From IMG/VR virus record IMGVR_UViG_3300031994_000017, positions 1 to 58,022 of that record: a DNA stretch of 58,022 nucleotides, one strand, 5' to 3'. This DNA comes from a virus. Lineage: Duplodnaviria; Heunggongvirae; Uroviricota; Caudoviricetes. Positions within the stretch are counted from its first letter, which is position 1. Each line of letters opens with the position of its first letter. Made by a program: the position numbers and the translations under genes. The notes beneath the pieces are model-generated. The model did not search any database, was not told where the DNA came from, and saw only the letters and a program-made list of their open reading frames with translations. Positions 35,912-46,665 of this stretch are shown piece by piece.

Positions 35912-35960
35912 CTCATATTTATTAAAAAAGTGGAGTAATAAATTAAAGCTTTAGGACCAA
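35912..35960 (-). promoter_or_regulatory. Candidate late-promoter motif, copy D
   Basis: Minus strand TTGGTCCTAA...TTTTTTAATAAAT; spacing 38. Upstream of 35364..35870. Confidence 0.45.
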
Positions 35961-36442
35961 TCAAAACCAATATTTTTAACTTCTATATTTAATCCAGCTT
36001 CTCCAATACAAATAGCATCACAAACATCTTCAGAAACATTTAATTTATATTTGCTCTTAACATATTGTTTAGCTCGTTGTTTGCAGGTTGCTCTATCAGC
36101 ACCCCAAAGAGAAAGTCTTTTTCGCCATACACTTGGAGCCAATATTTCATAATCTATTTTTAATTCTACTAATAATTCAGTTATAACTCCAATTACTTCA
36201 GCTAAGGTTTTATAAGTGGATACATTATTACCAATATTACTTTCTAATTGAATATCTTCTAGAAATACTTTTTCAATATTTTCAGAAAGCAATATATTAT
36301 TTAACCACTATCGTATTTTTTCTAATCTATGATCTAATTTTGTTCCTGTGGCTGTATAAATTCCAGATTTTATTAATTCATTTCCTTCAAAAATAGCATA
36401 ACCGGTAATTTTGCTGCTCTAATCTAAAGCTAAAATTTTCAT
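35951..36442 (-). CDS. ruvC: RuvC-like Holliday junction resolvase (~163 aa, 2 TAG)
   Basis: MKILALD[Q]SSKITGYA, VFLEDIQ, DVCDAICIG motifs. Confidence 0.8.
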
Positions 36443-36966
36443 TTAGAAGTAGAACCAAAGCCGCCCATGCGCCTGCCAGAAGCTTTGTCGTTATCAGTTA
36501 AATTATAGTTTTTAATAATACCTTGACCAATAATATCTCCCTTTTTTAAAAGGATGGGGAAAGGAGATAAATTAATTAACTGAAAGAAAATTTCTCCTTC
36601 ATTATCAGGATTATTATAATAATCGCTATCAATAATGCCAACTCCATTTGCCATAATTAGCCAATATTTTAATGGAGAAGAGCTGCGTATTGATAATTCA
36701 AGGTATTTATCTTTTTCTAAAAAACATTTTATACCGGTAGATACTAAAGAAGGTTTAGCCACGTATTTTTTAGTTAATTTTGCCATTTCTTCAAGTGTGT
36801 ACGGAATATATGCGTCATTCTACATATTATGTATATGATATATATAAGGTTGAATTAAAGTATCTTCCGCCACCTAAAAATCATAGCCCGCGGATTGGGC
36901 GGTTTTGCGTTCGGGTAAGCGAATGTCCGCGTTCTAAAATTTGCTTACAACTTCAAAACGAGCCAT
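36439..36966 (-). CDS. dut: Trimeric dUTPase (~175 aa, 3 TAG)
   Basis: SAGYDF, IRSS, GIIDSDYY, IGQGI, RMGGFGST motifs; ends TGA. Confidence 0.9.
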
Positions 36967-37208
36967 TAATTTACCTCATAAATAATTTCAATATTAGTAT
37001 CTGGCTCTTTTTCCTCATTGAACAACTTTTTAACAGTCACTAATTGATATTCATCAGTGATTTCTCCTTTGGACTTAACAACTTTAGTTTGATAGCTAAA
37101 AGCCGCCAAAGTAAAATGACTATCATTTTTCAGCTCTTCGTGTAATTTTTCAACTTCTTCTACTGTTTGAACACGGTAAACATCGGTGGATTTCACTAAA
37201 TATTTCAT
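36966..37208 (-). CDS. Hypothetical protein (80 aa)
   Basis: Intact ORF, coupled to dut. Confidence 0.7.
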   Translation of the reverse strand: MKYLVKSTDVYRVQTVEEVEKLHEELKNDSHFTLAAFSYQTKVVKSKGEITDEYQLVTVKKLFNEEKEPDTNIEIIYEVN

Positions 37209-37211
37209 ATT

Positions 37212-37487
37212 TTATTCCTCTCTTAATAATTCAATATTTAAATTATTTTTTCCATACTTGCTAACAATATTAGTTTTTATTTGTTCTTTAACGCCCAAAA
37301 TAAAACTATGTTGCCCATCAAGATAAACATTATTTGTATTATAAATTTGACTATATCGTTCTAACTCATCGCTCATTTCTGCTATTGGACAATATTCTAC
37401 TAATTGGGGTTCTCCATTATTACAATAATAGATAGGATGACGATAAGTTCCTTCATTTATAATACATATAAAACCATTATTAACCAT
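37212..37487 (-). CDS. Hypothetical protein (~91 aa)
   Basis: Start moved to ATG 37487, which overlaps the upstream stop. Confidence 0.55.
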   Translation of the reverse strand: MVNNGFICIINEGTYRHPIYYCNNGEPQLVEYCPIAEMSDELERYSQIYNTNNVYLDGQHSFILGVKEQIKTNIVSKYGKNNLNIELLREE

Positions 37488-38022
37488 AATATACAACACC
37501 TGCCTCGTAAGGGAATAGATAGAATATTTCTGGCGCTTTATCATCTTTATTTAAACAGGCCCAAATTTCCCAAGCATTATTTTCTTCATCAAAGCTAATA
37601 GAATATACTTTAGAAAAATTTGAAAGAATTTCCCATAATATTGATGGAAGAGAATCTAAGCCTTCATCAGCTCCAAATTCTTTATAAGCAAATAAGGTGT
37701 AATAATTATAACGAGATGATAATAACATATAATAATTTTGATTAATTGAATTCATCCAATTAACAATTTTTTCATAATAATCATCCATAAATTTTTCTTC
37801 AGTTATGGGAGGGAATTGTATGACAGAAGATTGATTTAATTCATATAAAGACATAGTAGGACCAGAAACACCTTCTTTAATTTTTGCTTTTGGCATTTCA
37901 TCCCAGTTATGTCCGTTCCGAATATAACATTTTCCAGTTTCTTCAACTTCTACTATTGTTCCATCTGAAATTTTTTTTAATCGAAATAAATCAGTATATT
38001 TTTTAACAACATTATCTCTCAT
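37480..38022 (-). CDS. Hypothetical protein (180 aa)
   Basis: Intact ORF with SD and its own promoter. Confidence 0.7.
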   Translation of the reverse strand: MRDNVVKKYTDLFRLKKISDGTIVEVEETGKCYIRNGHNWDEMPKAKIKEGVSGPTMSLYELNQSSVIQFPPITEEKFMDDYYEKIVNWMNSINQNYYMLLSSRYNYYTLFAYKEFGADEGLDSLPSILWEILSNFSKVYSISFDEENNAWEIWACLNKDDKAPEIFYLFPYEAGVVYYG

Positions 38023-38048
38023 TTAAAAACTCCTTTTTTATTTTCTTT

Positions 38049-38077
38049 ATTTTATCATAATTTTTCTACAAAGTCAA
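38049..38077 (-). promoter_or_regulatory. sigmaA-type promoter
   Basis: TTGACT-17-TAAAAT with TG extension. Confidence 0.6.
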
Positions 38078-38545
38078 ATCTATTATTCTTTGATTACTAG
38101 AACCACGCATTGGCAAAGAAATATCTCTTAATTCATCAATGTAAGGACCATCTACAATGCCAGTAATATTGGACAGAATATATAAAATTCTATTATTTTT
38201 TCTTGCTAATAATTGTTCAAAAGTATAACCAGTCCATATCCAAATTTTTAAATCAGGATATTTCTTTTTTAATTCTTTGATAATAAATTCTACTAAAAAA
38301 CTATTGCTTTCGCATAATGGTTCCCCGCCCATTATACAAAAAGTGCGAGGAATACCATTAGCGAATAATTCATTCTCTATTTCTTGTAAAGTCTCATAGG
38401 TAAATTCTTTTCCGCCATCAAAATCCCAGGTTTCTGGATTATGACAGTTTTTACAATGGAAAGGACAGCCTTGGGTGAAAAAAGATAAGCAAACCCCAGG
38501 AGCAGCAGCTATGTCATTTTTTATCATGCCAGCATAACGCATCAT
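38066..38545 (-). CDS. nrdG: Anaerobic RNR activating enzyme (radical SAM)
   Basis: QGCPFHCKNCHNPETW CxxxCxxC motif, GGEPL, RGSSNQRII. Confidence 0.95.
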   Translation of the reverse strand: MMRYAGMIKNDIAAAPGVCLSFFTQGCPFHCKNCHNPETWDFDGGKEFTYETLQEIENELFANGIPRTFCIMGGEPLCESNSFLVEFIIKELKKKYPDLKIWIWTGYTFEQLLARKNNRILYILSNITGIVDGPYIDELRDISLPMRGSSNQRIIDLTL

Positions 38546-40833
38546 TCTAAGACCCCCACATGTTTTACTCTATGATGAACTTCATCTTGTTTGCCGAGAT
38601 TAAATGCTGTTGTATAATTGCCTGTAAGATAGCCTGTTACACGACGCAATCTTTGTATATTATTTTTTCCGCATTTTGGACATTCATGATTAATTTCTCC
38701 CTAAAATCCGCAATCAAGACAAGTATCTGAAGGCACATTAATAGCGAAATAAGGAATATCATGGTCCATGGCATAATTTACAATCTACTCTAAAGCTTCA
38801 ATGTTATTTACTGCTGAAGCATCAAGTTCAATATAAGTAATACAGCCAGCGTTAGAGTATCCTGTTAACTAACTTTCTATATCAATTTTATCAAATGGAC
38901 TAATGTTATGCCATACAGGTACATGCATGGAATTAGTAAAGAAATCTTTATCGCTTACTTTTGGGATAATACCATATTTAGCTTTAAATTTTTTCATCGC
39001 AGTATAACAAAGATTTTCGGCAGGGCTATAATAAACACCAAAGTTTAAATGATATTGTTGTTTAAATTCAGCACAGCGGTTTTTAAATAATTGTTCAATA
39101 CGTTTTGCTAAGTCCATGCCTTCTGAAGTAGTATGGTCTTTACCAATAAGAATTTGTAATGTTTCTGCTAAACCTAATTGGCCAATTACTAAAGTTCCAT
39201 GTTTTAAAGCACTACGAATTCCTTCTTCTGGATGGTATCCTAACATAGTATTATTTTCATACATGAAGCGAGCGCTTGATTCGTCTTGTGAGCATATCCA
39301 TTCAAAACGCTCTAATAATTCATCTTTTGCGTCATGAATTGCCTCATCTAATTTATCCATAAAATTATTAATTCCATCACGAGCATCAAAGTAATCTGTA
39401 TTTTTATATTTTTCTACCGCTTCCATAGCTAAAGTGGGCATAATAATTGTTACTGGAGCTATATTGCCTCGTCCATCTTTACGTTGAGGATTTACTCCAG
39501 GTTCAGCGTTAATATCAGCTCCATTGGCAGTCCTGCATCCCATTGTACTAAAGTAGGTACAAGGGTCTTGTCTATCATACCCAACGTTTCCAGACCAGTC
39601 TACATTGGCATAATTGGGGTATAGTCTACGTGCCGTGGATTTAAGCGCAAGACGATATAAGTCGTAGTTTGGGTCTCCTGGTTCACGATTTACTCCTTTC
39701 ATCATTTGGAATATTCCACAGGGGAAAATAGATGTTTTATGTAATTTGCCAATACCTTCAATAGATACTTCTAATAAAGCTTGAGTTATCATACGACCTT
39801 CTGGTAATGTACAAGTACCATAATTAATAGAAGTAAAAGGCAATTGATTTCCCGAACGTGATTGTAATGTATTTAAATTATGATACATACCTTCAACTGC
39901 TTGATGGATTTCACGTTCTGTCATATCCATAGCATATTGATATGCATTTGGACAATTTAAATTATTATAAAATTCACTAACAATTGGAATATCTATAATT
40001 TTTATTCCTTCTGGAGGAGAACAATCTAATATTCTATGTTCTACGTAAACAATTCCATCTCTAAAGTGTTTATGGAAACTTTTACGAACATAAGGAACCA
40101 TAGTCCAATCAAGATGAGTAGCGCTTACGCCACCAAATTGCTACAGACTTTGTAATTGAAAAATAACTGCTACAAGTTGAAATGCAGTATTAACAGAGCC
40201 GGCTGGCCGCACATCAGTTTGACGAGTATTGAAACCATTAGCCAATAAGTCATCAAAAGGAATACTTAAACAATTATGCATTCCTACTGCATATGAATCT
40301 AAGTCATGAATATAAATTCTATTATTTTCATGATTATACCTATGTTTTGCCGAAATTAAATTATCCAATGCATATTTACGAGTCATTACGCTAGTTGCTT
40401 CACCCATACGACCGCCGAAAGAACGTTCATCTACATTGGCATTTTGATTTTGGACATTACTAGCTTGTAATTTTTCTCCAATAGCATCGAAAAAATCAGT
40501 TGAAGTTTTTCTTGCTACTTCTTTTTTATACCTATAACGGATGTATGCACGAGCTACATCAGGACGCTCAGAATGCATTAAATATTCTTCTACTAAATCT
40601 TGAATTTGTTCTACTGAAATTGTTTTTTGAAAAATTTCTTCAATAGTGGGCGCATGATCAAAATTTTCATTTTTTATAAGGCAATATGAATAAATTTCAT
40701 TTGCTATATCTTTAGCTGTATCAGTTTCATATAATTGCCCGTCAACTTCAATAAAAGCTTTATTTATTGCATTAATAATTTTCTATTTATTAAAAGAAAC
40801 TTGTGTTCCATTTCTTTTTTTAACTAATACCAT
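38542..40833 (-). CDS. nrdD: Class III anaerobic ribonucleotide reductase with ATP cone (~763 aa, 5 TAG)
   Basis: N-terminal VKKRNG ATP cone, TMGCRT, SPAENLC, zinc site, RLRRVTGYL glycyl-radical motif; pieces joined by TAG. Confidence 0.95.
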
Positions 40834-40844
40834 TTTTTATCCTC

Positions 40845-40892
40845 CTACTATATTTTGTGTTTGCGCTTTATAATATATACAAAATGCAGTAG
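40845..40892. promoter_or_regulatory. Tandem NrdR-box-like operators upstream of nrdD
   Basis: CTACTATATTTTGTGT (40845-40860) and ATACAAAATGCAGTAG (40877-40892), starting 32 bp apart. Confidence 0.55.
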
Positions 40893-40897
40893 AATTA

Positions 40898-41122
40898 TTA
40901 GCTATTTTGGCCCAATTCGTCTATTAGTCTATTGATATACCAGATTGCCTTTTTTAAATCTTCTACTCCGTTTTTAAATTTCCAACGCCATAAATACTTT
41001 ATAGCATTGGCAGTACAGACGGCCTCAATTCCCTCAAGGCCGACTGTTGCTGCTTTAAGTCCGTCAATACACTCAATTCCGCCAGCAGTATAATGGGCGG
41101 GATGATTTACCATATCATTCAT
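40898..41122 (-). CDS. DUF3310-like protein (74 aa)
   Basis: VNHPAHYTAGGIECID...KYLWRWKFKNGVEDLKKA signature. Confidence 0.85.
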   Translation of the reverse strand: MNDMVNHPAHYTAGGIECIDGLKAATVGLEGIEAVCTANAIKYLWRWKFKNGVEDLKKAIWYINRLIDELGQNS

Positions 41123-44100
41123 CTTCCATATCTCCTTTGTGTCGTTCTGTTTGGAAAGTTAAATCTCCGTTATCTAAAATTTGATTAATTTTATATAATT
41201 GATGACCCCCAGTTGAAGCATATTTTTTGGCTACAAAATTATCACCGCGTCGCATACCTTGCACCATAATCATATTACCTCTATTGAACCAAGAACGTTC
41301 TACAACTGTTTTTGTTCCATCAGAATTTTTAATTGAAATTTGTTTATCAAACAAAGAAAAATATTCTTTACTAAATTTTACATCTACAACTCCACTAGTT
41401 GTTAAAATTGTCGCTAGACCTTTTTGTTTATCTTTTGCGATACAAGTTCCTGCGATTTTTGTTAATTTAAAGATAGGAATTTCTCTGCCGCCCTTAAAGA
41501 ATGTTCTTTCTACTTCTGGGATTTCAGATAACTTATTAAAATCTTGAATACCATATTTGGTAAAATTGACATTAGCTAATTCATGCTCATGGTAATAAAA
41601 ACACAAAGTTTCCATTTCCCAAGCTGAATAAGTGCCTAACGCATATTTATTCCAATCTGTAATAAAAATCATATTATTAAGAGTGGTTAATACTTCTTTT
41701 TGATGACTTGAAAGCCAATTGCGATAAACGTTCATCCATTTTTGATATACTTTATCCCAAGTCTTTGCATCAAGAATATAAGATGTAGTATCATAATTAT
41801 AAAAATTAATTTCGGTTAGAAAATTAATAGCTCTATCATCAAGTTTATAAGAAGTAGCATTTAGTTTGCATTCACTTTTTAGATAACGATTAAATTCATA
41901 AATTCTATAAGCCATTTTTTCTTCTTCTGTTGTTTTAGGAAGAAGATTATATTTATTAAGAGTCGCCATATTTTGTAGATTTAATTTACTTTTTTTATCG
42001 CAGGTTTCCCAAATAAACCAAATCATATTGTCTTTGCGGCTCATAAAACTATCAAAAGCACCACCTTTAATAAGAGAAATCATAGCAGCTTTATTTGGTT
42101 TAATTCTATAATAAAAATCTTTAATAGAGGTGTATGGGCGGTTTTTAATAATTTGTTCAATCAAATCATCTCCAACCCGCAGCATGCCTTTTAAACCAAA
42201 CCAAATACTATTAGTTTTTTCATCTGGAACAAAACTATAAGTAGAATTATTAATATCAACTAAATTAATATTAACTCCTTCGTCTCTCATTTTTCCGATG
42301 GCTTTTGCGATTTTATCATAATTGGTGTTTTGCTCTTTTTTATCCTCATATTCTTCAAAATCTTCTTCGTTTTCAATTGCACCACTATCTACGATAAGAC
42401 AAGCGCAATTCCAATAAATAAGAGGATATTTATAAGCTATATTCATTTCTTGTAAAGCTACAAGTGAATATGCAAGTGTATGAGACAAGTTAAAACCATA
42501 GCCACGAGAAGTTGCGACTAAGACATTCCAAACATAATTACAAAGATTTTTACTTAGACCCTTTTCTGCGGTTTTTTCAAAATACTCTTTTGTGATTGCT
42601 TCATATTCAACAGGATTTTTCTTAGCAATAGATTTACGCAATCTGTCAGCAAAGTTTAAGTCAAAACCTCCACATTCGGGAATCTGGACTAATTGCATAA
42701 AACATTCTTGACTTTCCGCAATTCCATAAGAGCCTCCAACATATGGTTTAAGAATTTCTATTTCTTTTTTTGTTAGACCATTTTGCCGCATTTCTTCATA
42801 CCAAAGATTTATATTCTTTTTAAAGCGAGCAAATTTGTTCAATGGCTGTTCTGCGCCTTTTTCTTGCGCCATAAGTCTAATAACAGAATTCAAGTGGGCT
42901 AAATCTTCTACACTTTGTGGTTTTGTCAAAGCGATGCCTTGAATACCACTTTGTTTTTCCATTTGGAACAATGATAGAATTTTATGCTCCCAAACCATTT
43001 TCCACATTTTTGGATCATTACGTTCAAGATTATAAATACCTAAAACCTTTTCATAAGTTTCTTTTAAAGTAGGCTCTGGCGTAATTAATCCCGCATTAAC
43101 AAGTAAATCCAAACAAGTATGAAGTTTATCTTCTGCTTCAACACTTAAAGCATCATATTTAATAAGACTACACGCTTCTGCATCATGCAAATCAAAAGCG
43201 GTTATAATCGTTCCATCTGGAGCGCGCATAAGAGCTGTAGAATTAGTAAAAGGTTCATCTACAAAAATTACACCGCCAGCATGAATACCACAGCGGCACA
43301 CCAATCCTTCAATTTTTTGGGCAACTTGCCATAATTCAGGTTGCGCGTCCATTTCCTTAATAAATAAAGGAATGGGTTCAAAACCATTTTCTTTATCTCC
43401 ATAATAACATTGCTTAAGAGTACGAATAATATTTCTATCACTGGGTACTAATGAAGCAATATATTGAGCTTCGTCTACATCAATTCCTAATCCTCTTGCC
43501 GCAGTTAATATAGCAGATTTAGATTTTTCAGTACCAAAAGTAATAACATTAGCTACTCTATCTTCACCATATACTTCTCTAAATTTATTAAGAACTTGCG
43601 CTCTTCTACCGCCCTCTATATCAAAGTCTACGTCAAGGACTGAGACACGCGCAGGATTAAGAAAACGCCAAGGATAAGTACGCACATCTTCCCAAAGTGG
43701 ATTAATTTGAGTAATATCCAAAAGATAGAGAAGAATAAAGCCTACACCAGAACCGCGGCCAGGTCCTACAATACTTCCTGCTTTCCAACAGGTATCAATA
43801 ATATTTTGAAGATTAAGATAATAGGCGGACCAATGTGCTTTATTTACTTCTGAAGATTCCCAAGTCATGCGCAAACACTCATTAATTGCATCATAAATGT
43901 GCTGCTCTTGTAAATTTTTATTCAATTCAAGCTTATTAACTATTGCGCAGGCTAATTTATTATCACCAATATATTTAGAATTATAAAAAATTTTAAGATA
44001 AGGAATTAATTTTTCATATTTAATTCTATATGTTTCATTGTATGAATGAAATTTCCAAAGTAATTCTGGAATTTTTAAAGGTTTTAATAAGCTATAATCT

Positions 44101-44987
44101 TCACACTTTTCTTTTATCTCAATAATATTTTGATAGGCAATTTGAAGTTGCTCTTCAGTTAATTCAGTTAAATAACTTTCTAACTCTTGAGTTCCCATCA
44201 TATAAGTTGTAGCATAGAAAGCATCAACTTCTCTGTCTCCATCTTGCGAGTTAAGATATGCTTTATGAATTGAAGCATCTTCTTTTTTAAGATAATGACT
44301 ATCTGTTGTAATAATATATTTAATATTTAATTCTTCTGATAAACGAAGCAGATTTGTATTAACATATTTTTGTTCTTCGTTATTGGACGGTTGTAATTCT
44401 AAATAAAAATTTCCATCAAAGAGATTGTTCATTGTAATAAGCCAATTTTTAATTTGTTTTATTAGCGTTACATCAAGACTACTTCTGTATCGTAAAAGCT
44501 GAGTGGGAATAAAACCTCCAAGACAGGCCGTACTACCAATCACGTGGCCGGGGTTAGGGCCAATAATATCAATTAAATCTTGATAATATGTAGGTACTCG
44601 TCTCATACGACGAGAAACATAAGAACGCAACCAAGCACGAGTTGAAATTTCTCTTATTTGTTGATGCCCAATAGCATCTTTAGCCAATAGAATAAAATGA
44701 TAATAGTTATCATTTTCTCGGTTATAATTTTCAGCGGTTAAACCATTTCTAACTAAATAAATTTCGTTACCAAGAATTACTTTAAAATTTGGATTATCTT
44801 CTTTTATTTTTTTATAATATTTTTCAACCTTAACCGCATTACTAACGCATTCATGGTCTGTAATGGCTACTACTTCATGGCCTAATTCAATTGCGTAGTC
44901 TATTAAGTCCTTAGGTTTTATAATACAATCTCTTAGTCGGATATTACTATATTCAGTATGGTTATGTAAGCTTCCAGGATATTCCAT
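41115..44987 (-). CDS. dnaE: DNA polymerase III alpha subunit, DnaE-type (1290 aa, no TAG)
   Basis: PHP motifs (LHNHT, TDH), GPGRGSG, LDVDFD, GIHAGG, GFNLSH, C-terminal OB fold. Confidence 0.95.
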   Translation of the reverse strand: MEYPGSLHNHTEYSNIRLRDCIIKPKDLIDYAIELGHEVVAITDHECVSNAVKVEKYYKKIKEDNPNFKVILGNEIYLVRNGLTAENYNRENDNYYHFILLAKDAIGHQQIREISTRAWLRSYVSRRMRRVPTYYQDLIDIIGPNPGHVIGSTACLGGFIPTQLLRYRSSLDVTLIKQIKNWLITMNNLFDGNFYLELQPSNNEEQKYVNTNLLRLSEELNIKYIITTDSHYLKKEDASIHKAYLNSQDGDREVDAFYATTYMMGTQELESYLTELTEEQLQIAYQNIIEIKEKCEDYSLLKPLKIPELLWKFHSYNETYRIKYEKLIPYLKIFYNSKYIGDNKLACAIVNKLELNKNLQEQHIYDAINECLRMTWESSEVNKAHWSAYYLNLQNIIDTCWKAGSIVGPGRGSGVGFILLYLLDITQINPLWEDVRTYPWRFLNPARVSVLDVDFDIEGGRRAQVLNKFREVYGEDRVANVITFGTEKSKSAILTAARGLGIDVDEAQYIASLVPSDRNIIRTLKQCYYGDKENGFEPIPLFIKEMDAQPELWQVAQKIEGLVCRCGIHAGGVIFVDEPFTNSTALMRAPDGTIITAFDLHDAEACSLIKYDALSVEAEDKLHTCLDLLVNAGLITPEPTLKETYEKVLGIYNLERNDPKMWKMVWEHKILSLFQMEKQSGIQGIALTKPQSVEDLAHLNSVIRLMAQEKGAEQPLNKFARFKKNINLWYEEMRQNGLTKKEIEILKPYVGGSYGIAESQECFMQLVQIPECGGFDLNFADRLRKSIAKKNPVEYEAITKEYFEKTAEKGLSKNLCNYVWNVLVATSRGYGFNLSHTLAYSLVALQEMNIAYKYPLIYWNCACLIVDSGAIENEEDFEEYEDKKEQNTNYDKIAKAIGKMRDEGVNINLVDINNSTYSFVPDEKTNSIWFGLKGMLRVGDDLIEQIIKNRPYTSIKDFYYRIKPNKAAMISLIKGGAFDSFMSRKDNMIWFIWETCDKKSKLNLQNMATLNKYNLLPKTTEEEKMAYRIYEFNRYLKSECKLNATSYKLDDRAINFLTEINFYNYDTTSYILDAKTWDKVYQKWMNVYRNWLSSHQKEVLTTLNNMIFITDWNKYALGTYSAWEMETLCFYYHEHELANVNFTKYGIQDFNKLSEIPEVERTFFKGGREIPIFKLTKIAGTCIAKDKQKGLATILTTSGVVDVKFSKEYFSLFDKQISIKNSDGTKTVVERSWFNRGNMIMVQGMRRGDNFVAKKYASTGGHQLYKINQILDNGDLTFQTERHKGDMEDE

Positions 44988-45021
44988 TTGCCTACTCCTT
45001 TTTTCTTTTTTCTTTTCTTAT

Positions 45022-45050
45022 ATTATATCATATTATAAATAAAAAGTCAA
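45022..45050 (-). promoter_or_regulatory. sigmaA promoter for the polymerase gene
   Basis: TTGACT-17-TATAAT with TG extension. Confidence 0.75.
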
Positions 45051-45054
45051 ATTA

Positions 45055-46254
45055 TTATGCCCGAACTAAAACTAATCTATTTTGCGCTCTGGTGATTAAA
45101 GTGTATAAATATTTAGTATGTTCATCTGATGTGTATGGAAAATTTTCTTCATATCCTAATATCTTGCCCCACTCACTACCTTGAGCTTTCCAGCAAGTAA
45201 TAGCATATCCATAATTAAAATGTAATGGAAAAGGTTCTTTTTTATAACGTCGTTGTAGCAGATATTCTTCTTTTCCTGAAAAAGAGGGAATACCAGTCAA
45301 TAATTCATTATAATCTGCTGTCAAATTTGAGAAAGTTTCACCTGCTTCATCACCAGTAATATCCATTTTTAATAAATTTACATAAGTAGGTTTCCTTCTA
45401 AGTGCATATGGATAAGCATAATTAATTGTTTCATATTTTTTAATTTGTCCTATAACGCCATTAGTTAAAGGATTATTATTTGATGATAATGTTTCCCATT
45501 CATTATGTAAATTAATTACTTTATCTCCTATTACTGGATGCTCTTCGGGATACTCTAACGTTTTTCGCATATGAAAATTTAAGTTTTTACGGGTATTGTT
45601 AGTGGCACAAATAATCTAATCAGCCCAAAGCATCATACCATCAGTAACTTCAAATGGATGCACAATCATTACTTCTTGATTAATATCTGTTTTAGGAAAT
45701 GTATATAAAGGTTTCCCCTCTCTGACGTGCATAGACAAACGGATAATTTCACTTTCTTGTGCTTGCCGCATTACTTCATCTAAGAAAATATGCGGATGTT
45801 CAAGAATACCATTATTTTGGTCTTTTTCTATTGGCGGTAATTGCATGGGGTCTCCTAAAGCAATTATATATACATTATGAGAGCAAAGTAAATTCCAAAG
45901 ATTTTTTGGTAACATAGAAACTTCATCAACAATAATGATTGATGGTTCGCCTTCTAGGACTTCTTTTGGAGTAAATGAATATTTCCCATTGGGCATTAGT
46001 TTTGCTCGGAAGAGTAATTTGTGAGCGGTGATTGCATTCGAGCATCCTTTGTTTTTTAAAACATTGGCGGCTTTGCCAGTATATGCTACATAGCGTATAT
46101 CTTCGGATGGAACATTTAAAGCTTCTACAATAAATTTAACAAGAGTACTTTTTCCTGTTCCTGCAAATCCAGAAATACAAGTATATTTTTCACCTGCTTT
46201 ATATCTAGCTACTGCAATTTTTAATCCTGCTTCCTGCTTAGAGGTTAGCTGCAT
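45055..46254 (-). CDS. RecD/Dda-like SF1 helicase (~399 aa, 1 TAG)
   Basis: GFAGTGKST, IIVDEVSM, LGDPMQL, WKAQGSEW; the two ORFs join through TAG 45616-45618. Confidence 0.9.
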
Positions 46255-46576
46255 TATTATGTCTCACCACCCAATCACTATATTCTTGAAACCAAACATT
46301 ATATCTACTTATAAAATAATTTTGTATATCTTCAATATCTAATTCATCAAAAACAAATAAATTATAAATATTACAAAAAACTTGCCCGTACTCTTCTTCT
46401 ATGGCGGTAAGGAGGTTAGATAAACTACGACCTTCTCCTAAAAAATTACTAAAATCAAATTTATCTAAAATTTCTATACTATATTTAAAAGCGGGACTAT
46501 TCTTACATTTGCGTTTAATATAATTATTTGCGCCTTTTATTCTATCTTTTTTAAAACGTTCTGTATCTATATTCAT
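46238..46576 (-). CDS. Hypothetical protein (112 aa)
   Basis: Intact ORF with SD GAGG. Confidence 0.6.
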   Translation of the reverse strand: MNIDTERFKKDRIKGANNYIKRKCKNSPAFKYSIEILDKFDFSNFLGEGRSLSNLLTAIEEEYGQVFCNIYNLFVFDELDIEDIQNYFISRYNVWFQEYSDWVVRHNNAANL

Positions 46577-46665
46577 TTTTACCTCTTTTTGCGATAAAAA
46601 AAGTTAATCACTTTTTTTATTTTGATTTTCGACAACTTTGAATGTGCCCGGTCGGATGCCGATTG

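Noticed and set aside
40907-40950. TTGGCCCAA identical to the first half of late motif B
   Set aside because: No T-run/ATA element at +37; lies antisense inside the DUF3310 gene.
38542-44987. Intein or group I intron in nrdD or dnaE
   Set aside because: Lengths are typical, frames are continuous, and no splicing or LAGLIDADG motifs were seen.
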